Source: Nitrospirota bacterium
GTDB taxonomy: Bacteria; Nitrospirota; Thermodesulfovibrionia; Thermodesulfovibrionales; Dissulfurispiraceae
Length of the DNA stretch: 64,000 bases
Direction: 5' to 3'
Assembly: GCA_963710375.1 (NCBI GenBank)
Contig: CAVPZX010000005.1
Span: 224,001 to 288,000 of the forward strand
The translations under genes and the position numbers were made by a program. The stretch's first letter is position 1. Each line of letters begins with the position of its first letter. The notes under the pieces were generated by a model, which was given only the letters and a program-made list of their open reading frames with translations, made no database searches and was not told where the DNA came from. This document shows positions 32,231-43,802 of the stretch, piece after piece.

Positions 32231-33238
32231 ATGTCTAACGCAACTGAAGCAGCATTGATAAAGAAACTTACAAAACCGGGACAGTCGCCGGATGAATACC
32301 TTTCCGGCATTTTAGGCTCCGGTTATGACGAGTACCGAACGCTGTGGGCAAATGCCGGCAAGGGTGATATCGGTGATTTTCCGCTGCAACTGGATTTTCA
32401 ATTGAATAACAGGTGTAACTATCGTTGTCCTATATGTTATTGGAGCAACCCGGAACAGTTACAGGACTCGCTTGAGCCGCCGACAGAATTCCCGTTTGCG
32501 GAATTCTGTAGGATCGTCACTCAGGGTATGCAAAGTGGATATCTAAAGGTTATAAATTTTGAAGGTTTGAATGAGCCTCTGCTTAAAAAAGACTTGCCGG
32601 ATTATATATCGTTCGCTAAAAAAGCTGGAGTTATCGATTTGACGCTCCACACGAATGGATTGCTTTTAGATGATGAATGGTCCAAAAGGCTGATACAATC
32701 AGGGTTGACACGCTTGATGGTTTCTATTGACGCCTTCAGCCAGGAAACCTATTATAAGGTCCGTGGTTCAAGAAAATATACAGCTGTTTTGAAAAATATA
32801 CTCAATTTTTTGAAGCTGCGCAAAGAGATGAACGCTGTGCTGCCGATATTGAGGGTAAGTTTTGTTTTTCAACCCGTGAATAAGCATGAGGTGGACGATT
32901 TCAGGGAATATTGGGAACAATATGCCGATTATATTCTCATACAACCATTAATTGATATGACCAGCCTTGTCCATGACGATGACTATAAAAATGTTGAAGG
33001 CGAGTTCTGTTCTCAGCCATTTTACAGGATGTCAATAAAAGCGAACGGCGATGTCTTCCCCTGCTGCTGCTCGATCGGGCATGTTCAACTGTCAGACGGC
33101 GGAAATGTTTTCAGAGAGGACATTTCACAACTATGGAGGCGGGAATCATTCGAAAGAATTCGCCGCTTAATGAAGGCCGGACGTTATTATGAAATACCTG
33201 CTTGCAAAATCTGCCTGGACCACGTCTTCTTCTATTAA
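32231..33238 (+). CDS. Radical SAM/SPASM protein
   Basis: CNYRCPIC, NEPLL, TNG and CSQPF...NGDVFPCC...CKIC. AGGAG RBS upstream. Confidence 0.88.
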   Translation: MSNATEAALIKKLTKPGQSPDEYLSGILGSGYDEYRTLWANAGKGDIGDFPLQLDFQLNNRCNYRCPICYWSNPEQLQDSLEPPTEFPFAEFCRIVTQGMQSGYLKVINFEGLNEPLLKKDLPDYISFAKKAGVIDLTLHTNGLLLDDEWSKRLIQSGLTRLMVSIDAFSQETYYKVRGSRKYTAVLKNILNFLKLRKEMNAVLPILRVSFVFQPVNKHEVDDFREYWEQYADYILIQPLIDMTSLVHDDDYKNVEGEFCSQPFYRMSIKANGDVFPCCCSIGHVQLSDGGNVFREDISQLWRRESFERIRRLMKAGRYYEIPACKICLDHVFFY

Positions 33239-33292
33239 GCGCTTGTCCGAAATGAAATGCCGCAATTTTTGATCATTGCGGAAAAATAATTT

Positions 33293-35140
33293 ATGAGCAG
33301 TAATCCACTTGTAATATTTTCCGATCCGGCCCATGCGCGGACTATTGCCTCCAGTTACCGGCCTGAAGAGGCGCTTTACATGGCATTTTCAGTGCAGGCC
33401 AAAATGGAGCTTGAGCGAATGGGGTATCCCTGTCTCTTTCCCGACGATCTTGTAGAGCTTCCGGATTTCAACCTGATGGGCCATGAAAATGAAGAGAGGG
33501 TGAGAAAGATATGCTCTTCCCTTGATGAGATATTGAGAGAGAGGATTCCTTTTCTCGGGCAAAATTCGATAAACATAATATCAGCGGTCTTTTATTACGT
33601 AAAGGTCTTTTTCGATGGCGCGTTGTCATCCTATTATGTGATGAAGCGTGTGTTGGACCATCTTGATGACAGGCCTGTAGTGGTATTTAAGACCTTTGCC
33701 GGGACCAGCAGAATGGTTTCAGGCAGGTCTGATATAGCGCTCACGCTGATCGAACAGGTTTTTGCTCCCGAATACAAAAACATCGCTGTCATCACATCAG
33801 GCAAGTCCGGACATTTAAAAGAAGCTGCGGGCCGCCTGAAGGAATTGGCCAGGGATGTCCGTACCCTTGCCTGCGCTCTTGCTGCAAACGGTCAGGCTGA
33901 AAAGCCTTCATGCATTGTCCTTTATGATAGTTACGACGTCAGGGACATCATAGATGTTATGGATGGCATTAATTTTCACACATTCCACACGCTTGACTTT
34001 AAAGCGTTCAGGGTATTTATCGCACCGCAGAACAAAGGCAAGGTCCGGTTGAGAATTCTGCATAGCGATGGGTATGAATACAAAGCGGCTGTAGGCGAGG
34101 CTTTCAGGAAAGCGGCTGAGAGTCAATCGTATCGACTGCTTTTGGGCGATAACGACAAGCTTTGCAGTTTCGTGAATATGTGCCTGGAGTCTTTTTTTGT
34201 CGAAAAGCTGGGTGAGTACCTCATGCTTGGTGACTATATAAAGGAGACTATACGGGAGCTTGGTCCGAAAATGGTGCTATCTTCTTCATGCAGATTGACA
34301 TTCGAGTGGGCATTTGTCCTTGAGATCGCACGTTCCCTATGCATCCCGGTGGTGGCCTACCAGGAAGGCGGCGGAGCGGGCTATGAGGATTGGCCGGTTG
34401 TCGGCACTGACACAAGGTTGGCCGATTACTTCCTCGTTTACGGCAACGGCGTTAAGGAAAGCCCCTTTATTGAGAAAAACTGCGCCCAGGTGGTGCCGAT
34501 AGGTTCCCTGCACCTTGAGCGAACAAAATCCAGGCTGAAGCATTTGACGCCGCCTAAAGCATCAATATACGTAATTGTGGACAATATAAGTACCGGCATA
34601 CACCAGCATTATCCGTACAATGGCGGTTTTTTTTGTCAGGCATTCAGGCGACAGCGAATGATTTTGGATATCTTGAAACAATTTAAGGACATGTCTTTTG
34701 TGATAAAGACGATAAGGGGCCGTGAATGGCTTTACGCCGGATACGCGGACGGCAAAAGGGTGCGAGTGGACACCAGACCTCTTTCCTCTATTCTGGACGA
34801 AGCGAGCGCTTTTGTCCTGCAACGTACTTCAACGGTACTGCTGGAGTGTCTATTGACAGACAGGCCGATCGCCCTGCTTTATGACGGTGAGGACGTTAAA
34901 TTTGCGCCTGATGCACACGAACTGTTGAGTCGAAGAGTACGTATGAGTTCAAATCCCGGGGAGTTCCCTGAAACGATCCGGGCTTTGACAAACGATATCA
35001 AATATGGCTCCTCAATGACCGAACATACTGAGTTTAGGGACGCATATTGTCTTGTTGAAAACACGGCCGATAGGCTGAAAAACTTTTTCGACGGGCTTAT
35101 AAGTAAGGGATCTGTCTTCCCCGGACCGGCATACGGATGA
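33293..35140 (+). CDS. Hypothetical surface-polysaccharide biosynthesis protein
   Basis: 615-aa ORF with a GT-B-like C-terminal pattern (YQEGG, STVLLECLLTDRPI). Confidence 0.6.
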   Translation: MSSNPLVIFSDPAHARTIASSYRPEEALYMAFSVQAKMELERMGYPCLFPDDLVELPDFNLMGHENEERVRKICSSLDEILRERIPFLGQNSINIISAVFYYVKVFFDGALSSYYVMKRVLDHLDDRPVVVFKTFAGTSRMVSGRSDIALTLIEQVFAPEYKNIAVITSGKSGHLKEAAGRLKELARDVRTLACALAANGQAEKPSCIVLYDSYDVRDIIDVMDGINFHTFHTLDFKAFRVFIAPQNKGKVRLRILHSDGYEYKAAVGEAFRKAAESQSYRLLLGDNDKLCSFVNMCLESFFVEKLGEYLMLGDYIKETIRELGPKMVLSSSCRLTFEWAFVLEIARSLCIPVVAYQEGGGAGYEDWPVVGTDTRLADYFLVYGNGVKESPFIEKNCAQVVPIGSLHLERTKSRLKHLTPPKASIYVIVDNISTGIHQHYPYNGGFFCQAFRRQRMILDILKQFKDMSFVIKTIRGREWLYAGYADGKRVRVDTRPLSSILDEASAFVLQRTSTVLLECLLTDRPIALLYDGEDVKFAPDAHELLSRRVRMSSNPGEFPETIRALTNDIKYGSSMTEHTEFRDAYCLVENTADRLKNFFDGLISKGSVFPGPAYG

Positions 35141-35218
35141 CGGGCATCAAGAAACCCTTCCAAAACAATATAGAAACACCATAACGAGGTTAAAAGACCG
35201 GAAAGTGCTGGAGGAAAT

Positions 35219-35983
35219 GTGAAAAAGAAGTCACTTAAAAGCAGGTTGTCTGCCGGTGAGTTAACGGTAGGGTCATGGATAACCCTGGGCCACTCTTCCA
35301 TAGCGGAAATAATGGCTAAAACAGGCTTTGACTGGCTTACAGTTGATATGGAGCATTCAGCCATTACGATGCATGAGGCTCAACAGTTGATTCAGGTGAT
35401 CGACTTATGCGGCGTCGTTCCTCTTGTCCGTGTGGGAGAAAACAATCCTACTCTTATAAAACGAGCTATGGATGCAGGCGCTCACGGTGTTATTGTCCCC
35501 ATGGTCAATTCAAAAGATGATGCAATCAAGGCAGTGAAATCTGTAAAGTATCCTCCCATAGGCACACGGGGTGTCGGCCTTGGGCGTGCGCAGGGCTATG
35601 GCTTCGAATTCGAAAGATACAGAGACTGGGTCAATACGCATAGTATTGTCGTAGTCCAAATTGAACACATCGAAGCAGTTAATAATCTTGAGGATATCCT
35701 TAATGTTGAGGGTGTAGATGCTTCAATAGTCGGTCCTTATGACCTTTCGGGCTCGATGGGAAGACCGGGCGAATTTGACCATCCGGATGTTGAGGCTGCA
35801 ATAAAGCGTTACGAAGCAGTTTGCAGGAAAATGAAAAAGGCGATGGGTTTCCATATTGTGAAGCCGGATATAGAAAAATCGCTTATATACAGAGACAGAG
35901 GATATGTTTTTTTAGCGGTTGGGCTCGATACATTATACCTCGGTGAGAATTGTTTAAAAATTGTGGAATCACTTAAGAAGTAA
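35219..35983 (+). CDS. HpcH/HpaI class II pyruvate aldolase family
   Basis: DWLTVDMEHS, PLVRV, KYPPIGTRGVG, QIEH and VGPYDLS motifs. GGAGG RBS. Confidence 0.92.
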   Translation: MKKKSLKSRLSAGELTVGSWITLGHSSIAEIMAKTGFDWLTVDMEHSAITMHEAQQLIQVIDLCGVVPLVRVGENNPTLIKRAMDAGAHGVIVPMVNSKDDAIKAVKSVKYPPIGTRGVGLGRAQGYGFEFERYRDWVNTHSIVVVQIEHIEAVNNLEDILNVEGVDASIVGPYDLSGSMGRPGEFDHPDVEAAIKRYEAVCRKMKKAMGFHIVKPDIEKSLIYRDRGYVFLAVGLDTLYLGENCLKIVESLKK

Positions 35984-35995
35984 AGGAGTTTATGG

Positions 35996-36763
35996 ATGAA
36001 CGTTATTGGTATTATTCCAGCCCGTATGGCCTCAAGCAGGTTTCCAGGCAAGCCCCTGAAAAAAATTCAAGGGATACCAATGGTAGGGCATGTTTATTAC
36101 AGGAGCAAAATGTGCGAGGCTTTAGGCGAGGTTTACGTTGCAACTTGTGATGACGAGATTGCAGAGTATGTCAGGTCAATTGGAGGACGGGCTGTGATGA
36201 CGGCTGATACTCACGAAAGAGCATCTGACAGGGCGGCAGAAGCAATGTTAAAAGTAGAGGGTGAAACAGGGCAAAGGGCCGATATTGTAGTGATGATTCA
36301 GGGCGATGAACCGATGCTCTATCCCGAGATGATAGAAGAGGCTGTTAAACCGATGATGGAAGATGAGGGTCTGCAGATTGTGAATCTTATGTCATCCCTT
36401 AAATCAAGACAGGAGCATGATGACCCCAATGAGGTTAAAGTGGTTGTTGATTTGAACAATTTTGCACTCTACTTCTCAAGAGAGCCGATTCCATCCTGGA
36501 AAAAAGGCGCAGATAATGTGCCTATGCTGAAGCAGGTATGCATAATGCCGTTCAGACGTGATTTCCTGCTGAAATTCAATCAGCTGGCGCCTACTCCGCT
36601 CGAAATTATTGAATCTGTAGATATGTTAAGAGTGCTTGAGCATGGATACAAAGTGAAAATGGTTATCACGGGCAGGGAGACATACAGCGTGGATACGATA
36701 GCGGACCTGCAGCGGGTAGAGGGGCTTATGGCAAGCGATAAGCTGATTGCACAATACAAATAA
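35996..36763 (+). CDS. KdsB-like CMP-ulosonate synthetase
   Basis: IPARMASSRFPGKPL, QGDEP, LYFSREPIP and SVDT motifs. Confidence 0.9.
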   Translation: MNVIGIIPARMASSRFPGKPLKKIQGIPMVGHVYYRSKMCEALGEVYVATCDDEIAEYVRSIGGRAVMTADTHERASDRAAEAMLKVEGETGQRADIVVMIQGDEPMLYPEMIEEAVKPMMEDEGLQIVNLMSSLKSRQEHDDPNEVKVVVDLNNFALYFSREPIPSWKKGADNVPMLKQVCIMPFRRDFLLKFNQLAPTPLEIIESVDMLRVLEHGYKVKMVITGRETYSVDTIADLQRVEGLMASDKLIAQYK

Positions 36764-36782
36764 AGGATATCCGATAGAATAC

Positions 36783-37730
36783 ATGAAACGTGCGCTGGTG
36801 ACTGGTGGAGCGGGTTTTATCGGCTCTCATCTGGCAGTAAGGCTTCTGGAAGGAGGATGGCAGGTCCGTGTTGTGGATAACCTGTCTACCGGTTTCAAGA
36901 GCAATATCCCGTCAGGCGCTGAATTTACTCTTGTAGACCTTTCCAAAGATGATTTTGTAAAGGGTCTTCCTCATGGAAAATTTGATGCAGTTTTTCATCT
37001 TGCGGCACAGTCGTCAGGTGAAATATCCTTTGATGATCCCGCATATGATCTGAAGACAAATTGCTTAAGTACCCTTTTGCTGCTGGACTGGTGCTATAAG
37101 GAAGGCATAAGCCGGTTTGTGTACACGAGTTCCATGTCCGTTTATGGTGACCAGGAGATACAGCCGGTGAAAGAGAATGCGCTTCCTGTTCCGAAGTCCT
37201 TTTACGGCACTGGAAAGCTCGCTTCCGAGTGTTATGTGAATATCTATTCTCAAATGGGACTAAATACCACCTCACTTAGACTGTTTAATGTATATGGCCC
37301 GGGACAAAATATGGGTAATCTCAGGCAGGGGATGGTGAGTATATATATGGCATATATATTAAAGGGTGAGGAACTCATTGTTAAAGGTTCCCCGGACCGT
37401 TACAGGGATTTTGTTTATATAGACGATGTAATTGATGCTTACATGAATTGCATTGAGGACCACAGGACTTTCGGGAATACTTATAACATTGCTACAGGCG
37501 TGAAGACATGTGTTAAAGAACTTGTTGATGGAGAGCTGGAGGTGTTCGGATATGATCCATTAAAGTATCCTGTAAAATACAGCGGATCAACTCCCGGGGA
37601 TACTTTTGGGATATATGCTGATGTTTCCTCTATCAACAGAGATATGGGATGGGGCTCAAGGGTCCCTCTGTCAGAAGGGTTGAAGAAGATGGCCGCCTGG
37701 GCGCGAGCCGGCCTCGGAAAGTCTATATGA
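36783..37730 (+). CDS. NAD-dependent epimerase/dehydratase
   Basis: GGAGFIGSH, YGTGK and RLFNVYGPGQ motifs. Confidence 0.9.
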   Translation: MKRALVTGGAGFIGSHLAVRLLEGGWQVRVVDNLSTGFKSNIPSGAEFTLVDLSKDDFVKGLPHGKFDAVFHLAAQSSGEISFDDPAYDLKTNCLSTLLLLDWCYKEGISRFVYTSSMSVYGDQEIQPVKENALPVPKSFYGTGKLASECYVNIYSQMGLNTTSLRLFNVYGPGQNMGNLRQGMVSIYMAYILKGEELIVKGSPDRYRDFVYIDDVIDAYMNCIEDHRTFGNTYNIATGVKTCVKELVDGELEVFGYDPLKYPVKYSGSTPGDTFGIYADVSSINRDMGWGSRVPLSEGLKKMAAWARAGLGKSI

Positions 37731-38563
37731 GTATACGTAAAAAAGTGTTCGACGGCATTGTTGATGCGGTGATAAGACTCTGCCGTTTTGACAAGGCAAA
37801 CGTGGTGTCGTGTGGTATTTCAGAAAAGATCGAGCCGATTTTTTGTGTCACTCACCGGAACATTAAATATTTTCTGAGCTGTCCTAATAATTTGACCAGG
37901 TGGAGAGCGGAGACTTATTTTACAAAAGAGCCGGAGACGATCGAATGGATAGATACTTTTCAGAGAGGGGATGTCCTGTTTGATATCGGCGCCAATATAG
38001 GGCTGTATTCGATCTATGCTGCGAAGAAAAACGTAAAGGTGATTGCCTTCGAACCGGAATCCCAGAACTATGCATTGATCAATAAAAACGTCTACCTGAA
38101 CAATTGTGAGGACCAGGTAATGGTCATTAACATCGCATTATCGGATACGGATTGCCTCGACTATCTTAATATCCCCAGTTTCCAGGCTGGAAGCGCAATA
38201 AATTGTTTTAAAGATACAATCGATTGGAACAGTGAAAGCTTCATTCCCAGCTTCAAGCAGGGGATTCTTTCTTTCTCACTAGATTCTTTTTTACTGAAGT
38301 ATCCGGTAGATTTCCCCACGCATATAAAGATTGACGTTGATGGAATTGAACCAAAGATCATAAGGGGGGCGCAATCCACATTGAGCAACAAGAAACTGAA
38401 GTCGCTGTCGATAGAAATTAATGAGGCATTGCCGGAGCACCTTGAAATTCTGGACAACATCAAATCTCATGGGTTTGGGCTTATCAGTAAGAGACACGCA
38501 GATATGTTCGAGGGTGGGCGATATGCAAAATGCTTTAATTATCTGTTTGTCAGGGATAAGTAA
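37727..38563 (+). CDS. FkbM-family methyltransferase
   Basis: DIGANIGLYS, AFEP and IKIDVDGIE. ATGA overlap with the upstream stop. Confidence 0.9.
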   Translation: MSIRKKVFDGIVDAVIRLCRFDKANVVSCGISEKIEPIFCVTHRNIKYFLSCPNNLTRWRAETYFTKEPETIEWIDTFQRGDVLFDIGANIGLYSIYAAKKNVKVIAFEPESQNYALINKNVYLNNCEDQVMVINIALSDTDCLDYLNIPSFQAGSAINCFKDTIDWNSESFIPSFKQGILSFSLDSFLLKYPVDFPTHIKIDVDGIEPKIIRGAQSTLSNKKLKSLSIEINEALPEHLEILDNIKSHGFGLISKRHADMFEGGRYAKCFNYLFVRDK

Positions 38564-38608
38564 AAAATATCCTAATAAATCTTTGAAACTCAGAGCGAAA
38601 GAAATATA

Positions 38609-40153
38609 ATGAGAGTTCTGCTTTTTTATCCGAATCTTTACGGCATGAATACGTTGCCGCCTGCTATGGGACTGTTTACCGCTCTGCTGAAGGACGAGCG
38701 GCATGAGGTGAGGCTTTTTGATACCACCGTATATGAGGGTCTCTATGGGTCTATTGATACAGATAAGCAGAAATCGGAGAATTTAAATGCCCGGCCCTAC
38801 GATGACTCAATCCTGAAGCGGCATGCGAGAAATAGTTCTGCGGAGGAGGATTTCAAGAGGATGATAGGGCAATTTAAACCTGATCTAATAGCAATGTCGG
38901 CCACTGAGGATATGTATCCAAATGGAATAAATCTGCTCACATCATTGGATGAAGATCGTCCCCTCGTAGTTGCCGGAGGTGTATTCCCTACTTTTGCTCC
39001 GGAGCTGGCGTTCAAATACTCAAACGGAACAGTAGACATGGTTTTAAGGGGAGAGGGGGAAGAGACGCTGCCTGAATTATGCAGAAGACTTGAGTCCGGA
39101 GGGGATATTTCTAACGTCAACGGCATTTGCTTGCAAAAGGAGGGGACCCTGATAAAGAACAGACTCCCTCGTCCTGTAGAGATTAATGATCATCCTTTGC
39201 CTGATTATAGCCTTTTTGAAGAAAGCCGTTTTTACAGGCCTATGCAGGGCAAGCTGCGCAGAATGCTGCCTGTATTGACAATTAGAGGGTGTCCCTTTTC
39301 ATGCGGGTACTGCAATTCCCCTGCACAGAAGGAAATATACAAAAGAGAGGGCCATAGCTTTTTAAGAAAGAAAAGAATTGCCATGATTCATAAAGAGCTG
39401 AAACATTGCCTTGAAGTTTATAAGGCAGACTCGTTTTATTTTTGGGCAGATACTTTTCTGGCCTGGACTGATACGGAATTTAACGAATTCTGCGAGATGT
39501 ATTCTGATTTCCGACTCCCATTTTGGATACAGACGAGACCTGAGACAGTTACGGAATACCGATTTCAGAGGCTCAAAGAGATAGGGCTTTTAAGGGTTGC
39601 ATTTGGGATAGAACATGGTAATGAGGAATTCAGAAAAAAAGTTTTATCCAGAAAGGTCTCAAATGATATGATTATTCGGAATCTAAAGATAGTAACAGAT
39701 ATGGGAATACCTGTCAGTGTAAATAACATAATGGGTTTTCCCACAGAAACCAGGGAACTGGTATTCGATACGATAGAGTTGAACAGGCAGATAAAATCAG
39801 ACGGTATAAATGCATATGCGTATACCCCATTCCATGGCACTCCTTTAAGAAAGATGTCTGAGGCTTTAGGTTATGTTGAGAAAGGATCGCTGGCCCGATG
39901 CATAAGCAATCCGACGATGATTTCAATGCCGCATTTTCCAAAAGAGGCAATAGAAGGGATAAGGCGCTGTTTTGTTTTATATGCGAAAATGCCTAAGCGT
40001 AGATGGAAGGACATCGGGAAGGCAGAAAAACTTACCCCGGAGGGTGATACTATCTGGCGTGAGTTAAAAGATGAATGCTTGCAGAAATACATGAATTACG
40101 GCGATTATGAAAAGAATGATGATGTAGACAAAATCGACAATGAAAAGAAATAA
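38609..40153 (+). CDS. Cobalamin-dependent radical SAM protein
   Basis: GGVFPT, GEGEE, RGCPFSCGYC, GIEHG and GFPTET motifs. Confidence 0.88.
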   Translation: MRVLLFYPNLYGMNTLPPAMGLFTALLKDERHEVRLFDTTVYEGLYGSIDTDKQKSENLNARPYDDSILKRHARNSSAEEDFKRMIGQFKPDLIAMSATEDMYPNGINLLTSLDEDRPLVVAGGVFPTFAPELAFKYSNGTVDMVLRGEGEETLPELCRRLESGGDISNVNGICLQKEGTLIKNRLPRPVEINDHPLPDYSLFEESRFYRPMQGKLRRMLPVLTIRGCPFSCGYCNSPAQKEIYKREGHSFLRKKRIAMIHKELKHCLEVYKADSFYFWADTFLAWTDTEFNEFCEMYSDFRLPFWIQTRPETVTEYRFQRLKEIGLLRVAFGIEHGNEEFRKKVLSRKVSNDMIIRNLKIVTDMGIPVSVNNIMGFPTETRELVFDTIELNRQIKSDGINAYAYTPFHGTPLRKMSEALGYVEKGSLARCISNPTMISMPHFPKEAIEGIRRCFVLYAKMPKRRWKDIGKAEKLTPEGDTIWRELKDECLQKYMNYGDYEKNDDVDKIDNEKK

Positions 40154-40199
40154 TAGAAATGCATGCGAAATATATAGTTCCCCTTGGCCCTAACTGAAT

Positions 40200-40814
40200 A
40201 TGGATAATTCAATTGGATATTGTGCCGTTATATCTGACAAAGCCAGGGTGGTCCGCTCTATATTGAAAGATTACTCGAGGGTTAAAGATTTTGCAGAGGT
40301 GATAGATTGTGAACTTGGGGAATACAGTTATGTAGCACAATATTCTATGACAAACAAAAGCATTATTGGAAAGTTCTGTTCAATTGCACACGGAACGTAC
40401 GTCGGATTATGGGAGCACAATACTAATGTATCAACTCATTCGTTCTACCTTTACGAGACGAGCGGTAATTTTGTTAAAGGGTATAAGAACTACGATAAAG
40501 ACTCTATTCTGACTACTATAGAGAATGACGTATGGATAGGAGCAAACTCCGTGGTTTTAAAGGGCGTGACAGTTCATAGCGGAGCAATAATCGGTGCGGG
40601 CTCTGTAGTGACAAAGGATATTCCTGCGTATGCAATAGCTGCTGGAAATCCTGCAAAGGTCATAAAATATCGATTTGAAAAGGATGATATAGACTTTCTT
40701 TTGAAACTAAAATGGTGGAATCTGCCAAGACCTGAGCTTCAGGAGCTTGTAGATGAAGAGCTTTTTTATTCTTTTGATAAATTCAAGAGATATTTCGAGG
40801 GGAGGCAGCATTGA
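40200..40814 (+). CDS. CatB/Vat-related hexapeptide O-acetyltransferase
   Basis: [37 protein letters not shown] and KWWN motifs. Confidence 0.88.
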   Translation: MDNSIGYCAVISDKARVVRSILKDYSRVKDFAEVIDCELGEYSYVAQYSMTNKSIIGKFCSIAHGTYVGLWEHNTNVSTHSFYLYETSGNFVKGYKNYDKDSILTTIENDVWIGANSVVLKGVTVHSGAIIGAGSVVTKDIPAYAIAAGNPAKVIKYRFEKDDIDFLLKLKWWNLPRPELQELVDEELFYSFDKFKRYFEGRQH

Positions 40815-41731
40815 AAGTTGTAGTTTTTGGAGGTTCCGGCTTTCTCGGAAGTCATGTTGCGGACGCGCTTTCTGAAGCCGGGCACGATGTTACTATATAT
40901 GACTTGATACCATCACCATACTTAAGGGAGTCGCAGACTATGGTTGTTGGTAGTATCCTGGATGATCAGAAAGTAAGTGAAGCTCTCGAAGGCTGTGATG
41001 CAGCATATAATTTTGCAGGTATTGCCGACCTTAATGAAGCAATCCGAAGGCCCCTGGATTGCGTGAAAGCTAATATACTTGGGAATGCAATTATATTAGA
41101 GGCCTCACGCATGGCTGGAATCAAACGTTTTGTCTTTGCAAGCTCCCTTTACGTTTACAGCAAAGCAGGCTCTTTTTACAGAAGCACAAAGCAGGCATGT
41201 GAGCTGATCATTGAGAACTATAATGAAATTTTTAATATACCTTATACAATACTGCGATATGGATCTCTCTATGGGCCGAGGGCAGATGAGAAGAACTTTA
41301 TTTATAGAATACTTCGACAGGCTTTCAAAGATGGTAAGATCATAAGAGAGGGAGATGGAGAGGAAATACGGGAATATATCCATGTCCTTGATGCAGCCAG
41401 AAACAGTGTAGCAGTGCTTTCAGAGGAGTTCAAGAATCAGTATGTAATCATAACCGGCAATCAGCAGATGAAGATGAAGGACCTGCTGATTATGGTAAAT
41501 GAAATGCTCGATAATAAAATAACGATAGAATATACTCCACCAAAGGAGCATAACCTGCATTATGAGATCACGCCGTATACTTTTGCTCCTAAATTAGCTA
41601 AGAGAATCGTCAGTAATACGTATCTTGATCTTGGACAGGGCATTCTTGAATGCATCCATAATACTTACAGAGAGATTAATCATCCTACTACATGCGACGA
41701 CCTTGTCGTAAAACAAAAACTTTCTGAATAA
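40811..41731 (+). CDS. NAD-dependent epimerase/dehydratase
   Basis: [14 protein letters not shown] and RYGSLYGP motifs. Confidence 0.9.
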   Translation: MKVVVFGGSGFLGSHVADALSEAGHDVTIYDLIPSPYLRESQTMVVGSILDDQKVSEALEGCDAAYNFAGIADLNEAIRRPLDCVKANILGNAIILEASRMAGIKRFVFASSLYVYSKAGSFYRSTKQACELIIENYNEIFNIPYTILRYGSLYGPRADEKNFIYRILRQAFKDGKIIREGDGEEIREYIHVLDAARNSVAVLSEEFKNQYVIITGNQQMKMKDLLIMVNEMLDNKITIEYTPPKEHNLHYEITPYTFAPKLAKRIVSNTYLDLGQGILECIHNTYREINHPTTCDDLVVKQKLSE

Positions 41732-41822
41732 GAGGTTTATAACCAGCCTCCCAAAGATTTATGTCCAGTGTGATCGCCCTCCATTGCGGCGTTTGCTGAC
41801 GAAGGGAAAATCTTAAAAGCTC

Positions 41823-43802
41823 ATGAAGATCCTCCTTGTTTTTGACGCCTCTATAAAAGTTGAATTGTCATACAATTTCAACAAGGAATCTGTTATTGAG
41901 GGAATAGACCTCTTCCCTCTTACCGGGAATCCGGCAATAATAGATAAGGTAAAAAATACTCTCTCATCTAATGCATGCCCTGTAGAGTCCCTTAACACTG
42001 CCGATATGGTCGAGAAGCAAATTGATTATCTGAAGGGGAGGATATGCAGATGGTCAGCTGATATTGGTGAATACAGGATCAGGGAGAAAAAAATTAAGGA
42101 GTGGTTTCTCTTAAAAGGCGAGAATGTCAGTACATGGTGGTTTAGCCTGCTTTCTGAAAAGAATACGGGCAAAACAGATGCTTTTTTAAAAATGGCTCAA
42201 GTACATGCCATAGATGATATTTTAAGAAGTAAATGCTATCCCTTATGCGCCATTGCGATTTCAGATAAGGAGTTAAGAAAATCTGTTCTAAATGTTGCCC
42301 ATAAATTCGGGTCAAAAATAAGAATATTGCCGACAATCCCTCCCAAAGCCCTGAAGCTTAAAATGCAAGCTATGTTAAAGCAAATGGGGATAGCAGGTGA
42401 GCTCCTTTTGGGGATTTACATCTGGCTTCGATTTTTAAACAGAAGACATCTGGCCCTTAAGCGGTTAGGGGTTAACTGCAAACGTCTTCCAAGTCCAGAC
42501 TCTCTATTATTGGTAAGCTATTTCCCGGCTGTAGAAAAAAAACCTGCACAGAGGGGAATATTTATAAATAAATATGCTTCTGCTTTGCAAGATAAACTAA
42601 AGGAGCTTAAAATCCCGATAGTATGGGTGCTTATGTACGTTCCAATTGATGGATATAAATATAGTGATGCAGTTAATTTAACTCTTGGCTTCGCTGAGAA
42701 TGGTGAAAAGGCTTTTATAGCAGAAGAATTTTTATCAACAAAAGACGCCATTAGGGGATTATTGCTTTGGCTTAAACAAATGGTCATTAGTTTTTTTTTA
42801 TTGGGTGTTGCAAAAGAACGTTTACTGTCCGGGGTGATTGGACCTGAATGCGAACCTATTATAAAGTCATTATGGAGAGTATCTTTTTGCGGGGTTATTA
42901 ATCTTGAAGCGATACTTTACTATTTTATCTTTAAATCCGGCTTTGATCAAATTCCCGGTATAAAGGATTGTCTGTATTGGTGTGAAATGCATGCATGGGA
43001 AAAAGCCTTAAATGCTGCAAAAAATCAGAAGCATTCTTATATCCGTACGATTGGTTTTCAGCATGCTCACATTTCAAAAAACCATTTCGCCTATTTTTAT
43101 GACCCGTTAGAGTTGCGGGGAGGGCGAGGAGCTGTTGATATGCCGATGCCTGATCTGGTGGCATGCAATGGAGAATATATGTGCTCTATCCTCTCAAAGT
43201 CAGGCTATCCCTGCCTTGCCAGAGTGGAAGCCCTGAGATATCTTTATATGAATAAAATTCTACTATCCGCTCAACGGGCCAAAGGAGAAAATATCCTGTT
43301 AGTAGCAGGCTCTATCATGAAAGATGAATCCGCCACCTTGCTTTCATTTGTTCATAGCGCCTTCCCCAAGGCAAGGGAATTTGGTATATGGTTTAAAGGG
43401 CATCCTCTGTTGCCTTTTGAGCAATTGTTTGAGGAACTCGGAATTGATCTATCCGAAACAGGATATCAAATCAGGCATGATCTTATCTCAGATTTGCTTG
43501 GTGAAGCTAGGACTGTTATAGTTGGTTCAAGCGGGATTGCGATGGAGGCACTAATCTTTGGATGCGAAGTGATTGTTCCAGTCTTCCCGGATTCAATAAA
43601 TATGAATCCACTTGTTGACTTTGAAAAATATTACCATAGAGTAACCTGCATAGAAGATCTTCAATTGGTAATGGAAGAGATCTCAAAAGGTGTTCGACGG
43701 AATGACATTGACGAGACCAGGGGGCTCATTAAGCACTATTGGGAAATGGACGATGCATTGCATAACTGGGAGCGACTTTTATTGTCGAACAAGAAGGACT
43801 GA
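41823..43802 (+). CDS. Hypothetical surface-carbohydrate biosynthesis protein
   Basis: 659-aa ORF (WWFSLLSEKN, EMHAWEKAL, GFQH, VEALRY, KGHP). Its stop codon is the TGA of the first GGACTGA repeat. Confidence 0.65.
   Translation: MKILLVFDASIKVELSYNFNKESVIEGIDLFPLTGNPAIIDKVKNTLSSNACPVESLNTADMVEKQIDYLKGRICRWSADIGEYRIREKKIKEWFLLKGENVSTWWFSLLSEKNTGKTDAFLKMAQVHAIDDILRSKCYPLCAIAISDKELRKSVLNVAHKFGSKIRILPTIPPKALKLKMQAMLKQMGIAGELLLGIYIWLRFLNRRHLALKRLGVNCKRLPSPDSLLLVSYFPAVEKKPAQRGIFINKYASALQDKLKELKIPIVWVLMYVPIDGYKYSDAVNLTLGFAENGEKAFIAEEFLSTKDAIRGLLLWLKQMVISFFLLGVAKERLLSGVIGPECEPIIKSLWRVSFCGVINLEAILYYFIFKSGFDQIPGIKDCLYWCEMHAWEKALNAAKNQKHSYIRTIGFQHAHISKNHFAYFYDPLELRGGRGAVDMPMPDLVACNGEYMCSILSKSGYPCLARVEALRYLYMNKILLSAQRAKGENILLVAGSIMKDESATLLSFVHSAFPKAREFGIWFKGHPLLPFEQLFEELGIDLSETGYQIRHDLISDLLGEARTVIVGSSGIAMEALIFGCEVIVPVFPDSINMNPLVDFEKYYHRVTCIEDLQLVMEEISKGVRRNDIDETRGLIKHYWEMDDALHNWERLLLSNKKD

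Noticed and set aside
40200..40814. Antibiotic-resistance acetyltransferase (cat/vat)
   Set aside because: The fold is shared with sugar O-acetyltransferases, and the operon context favours glycan acetylation.
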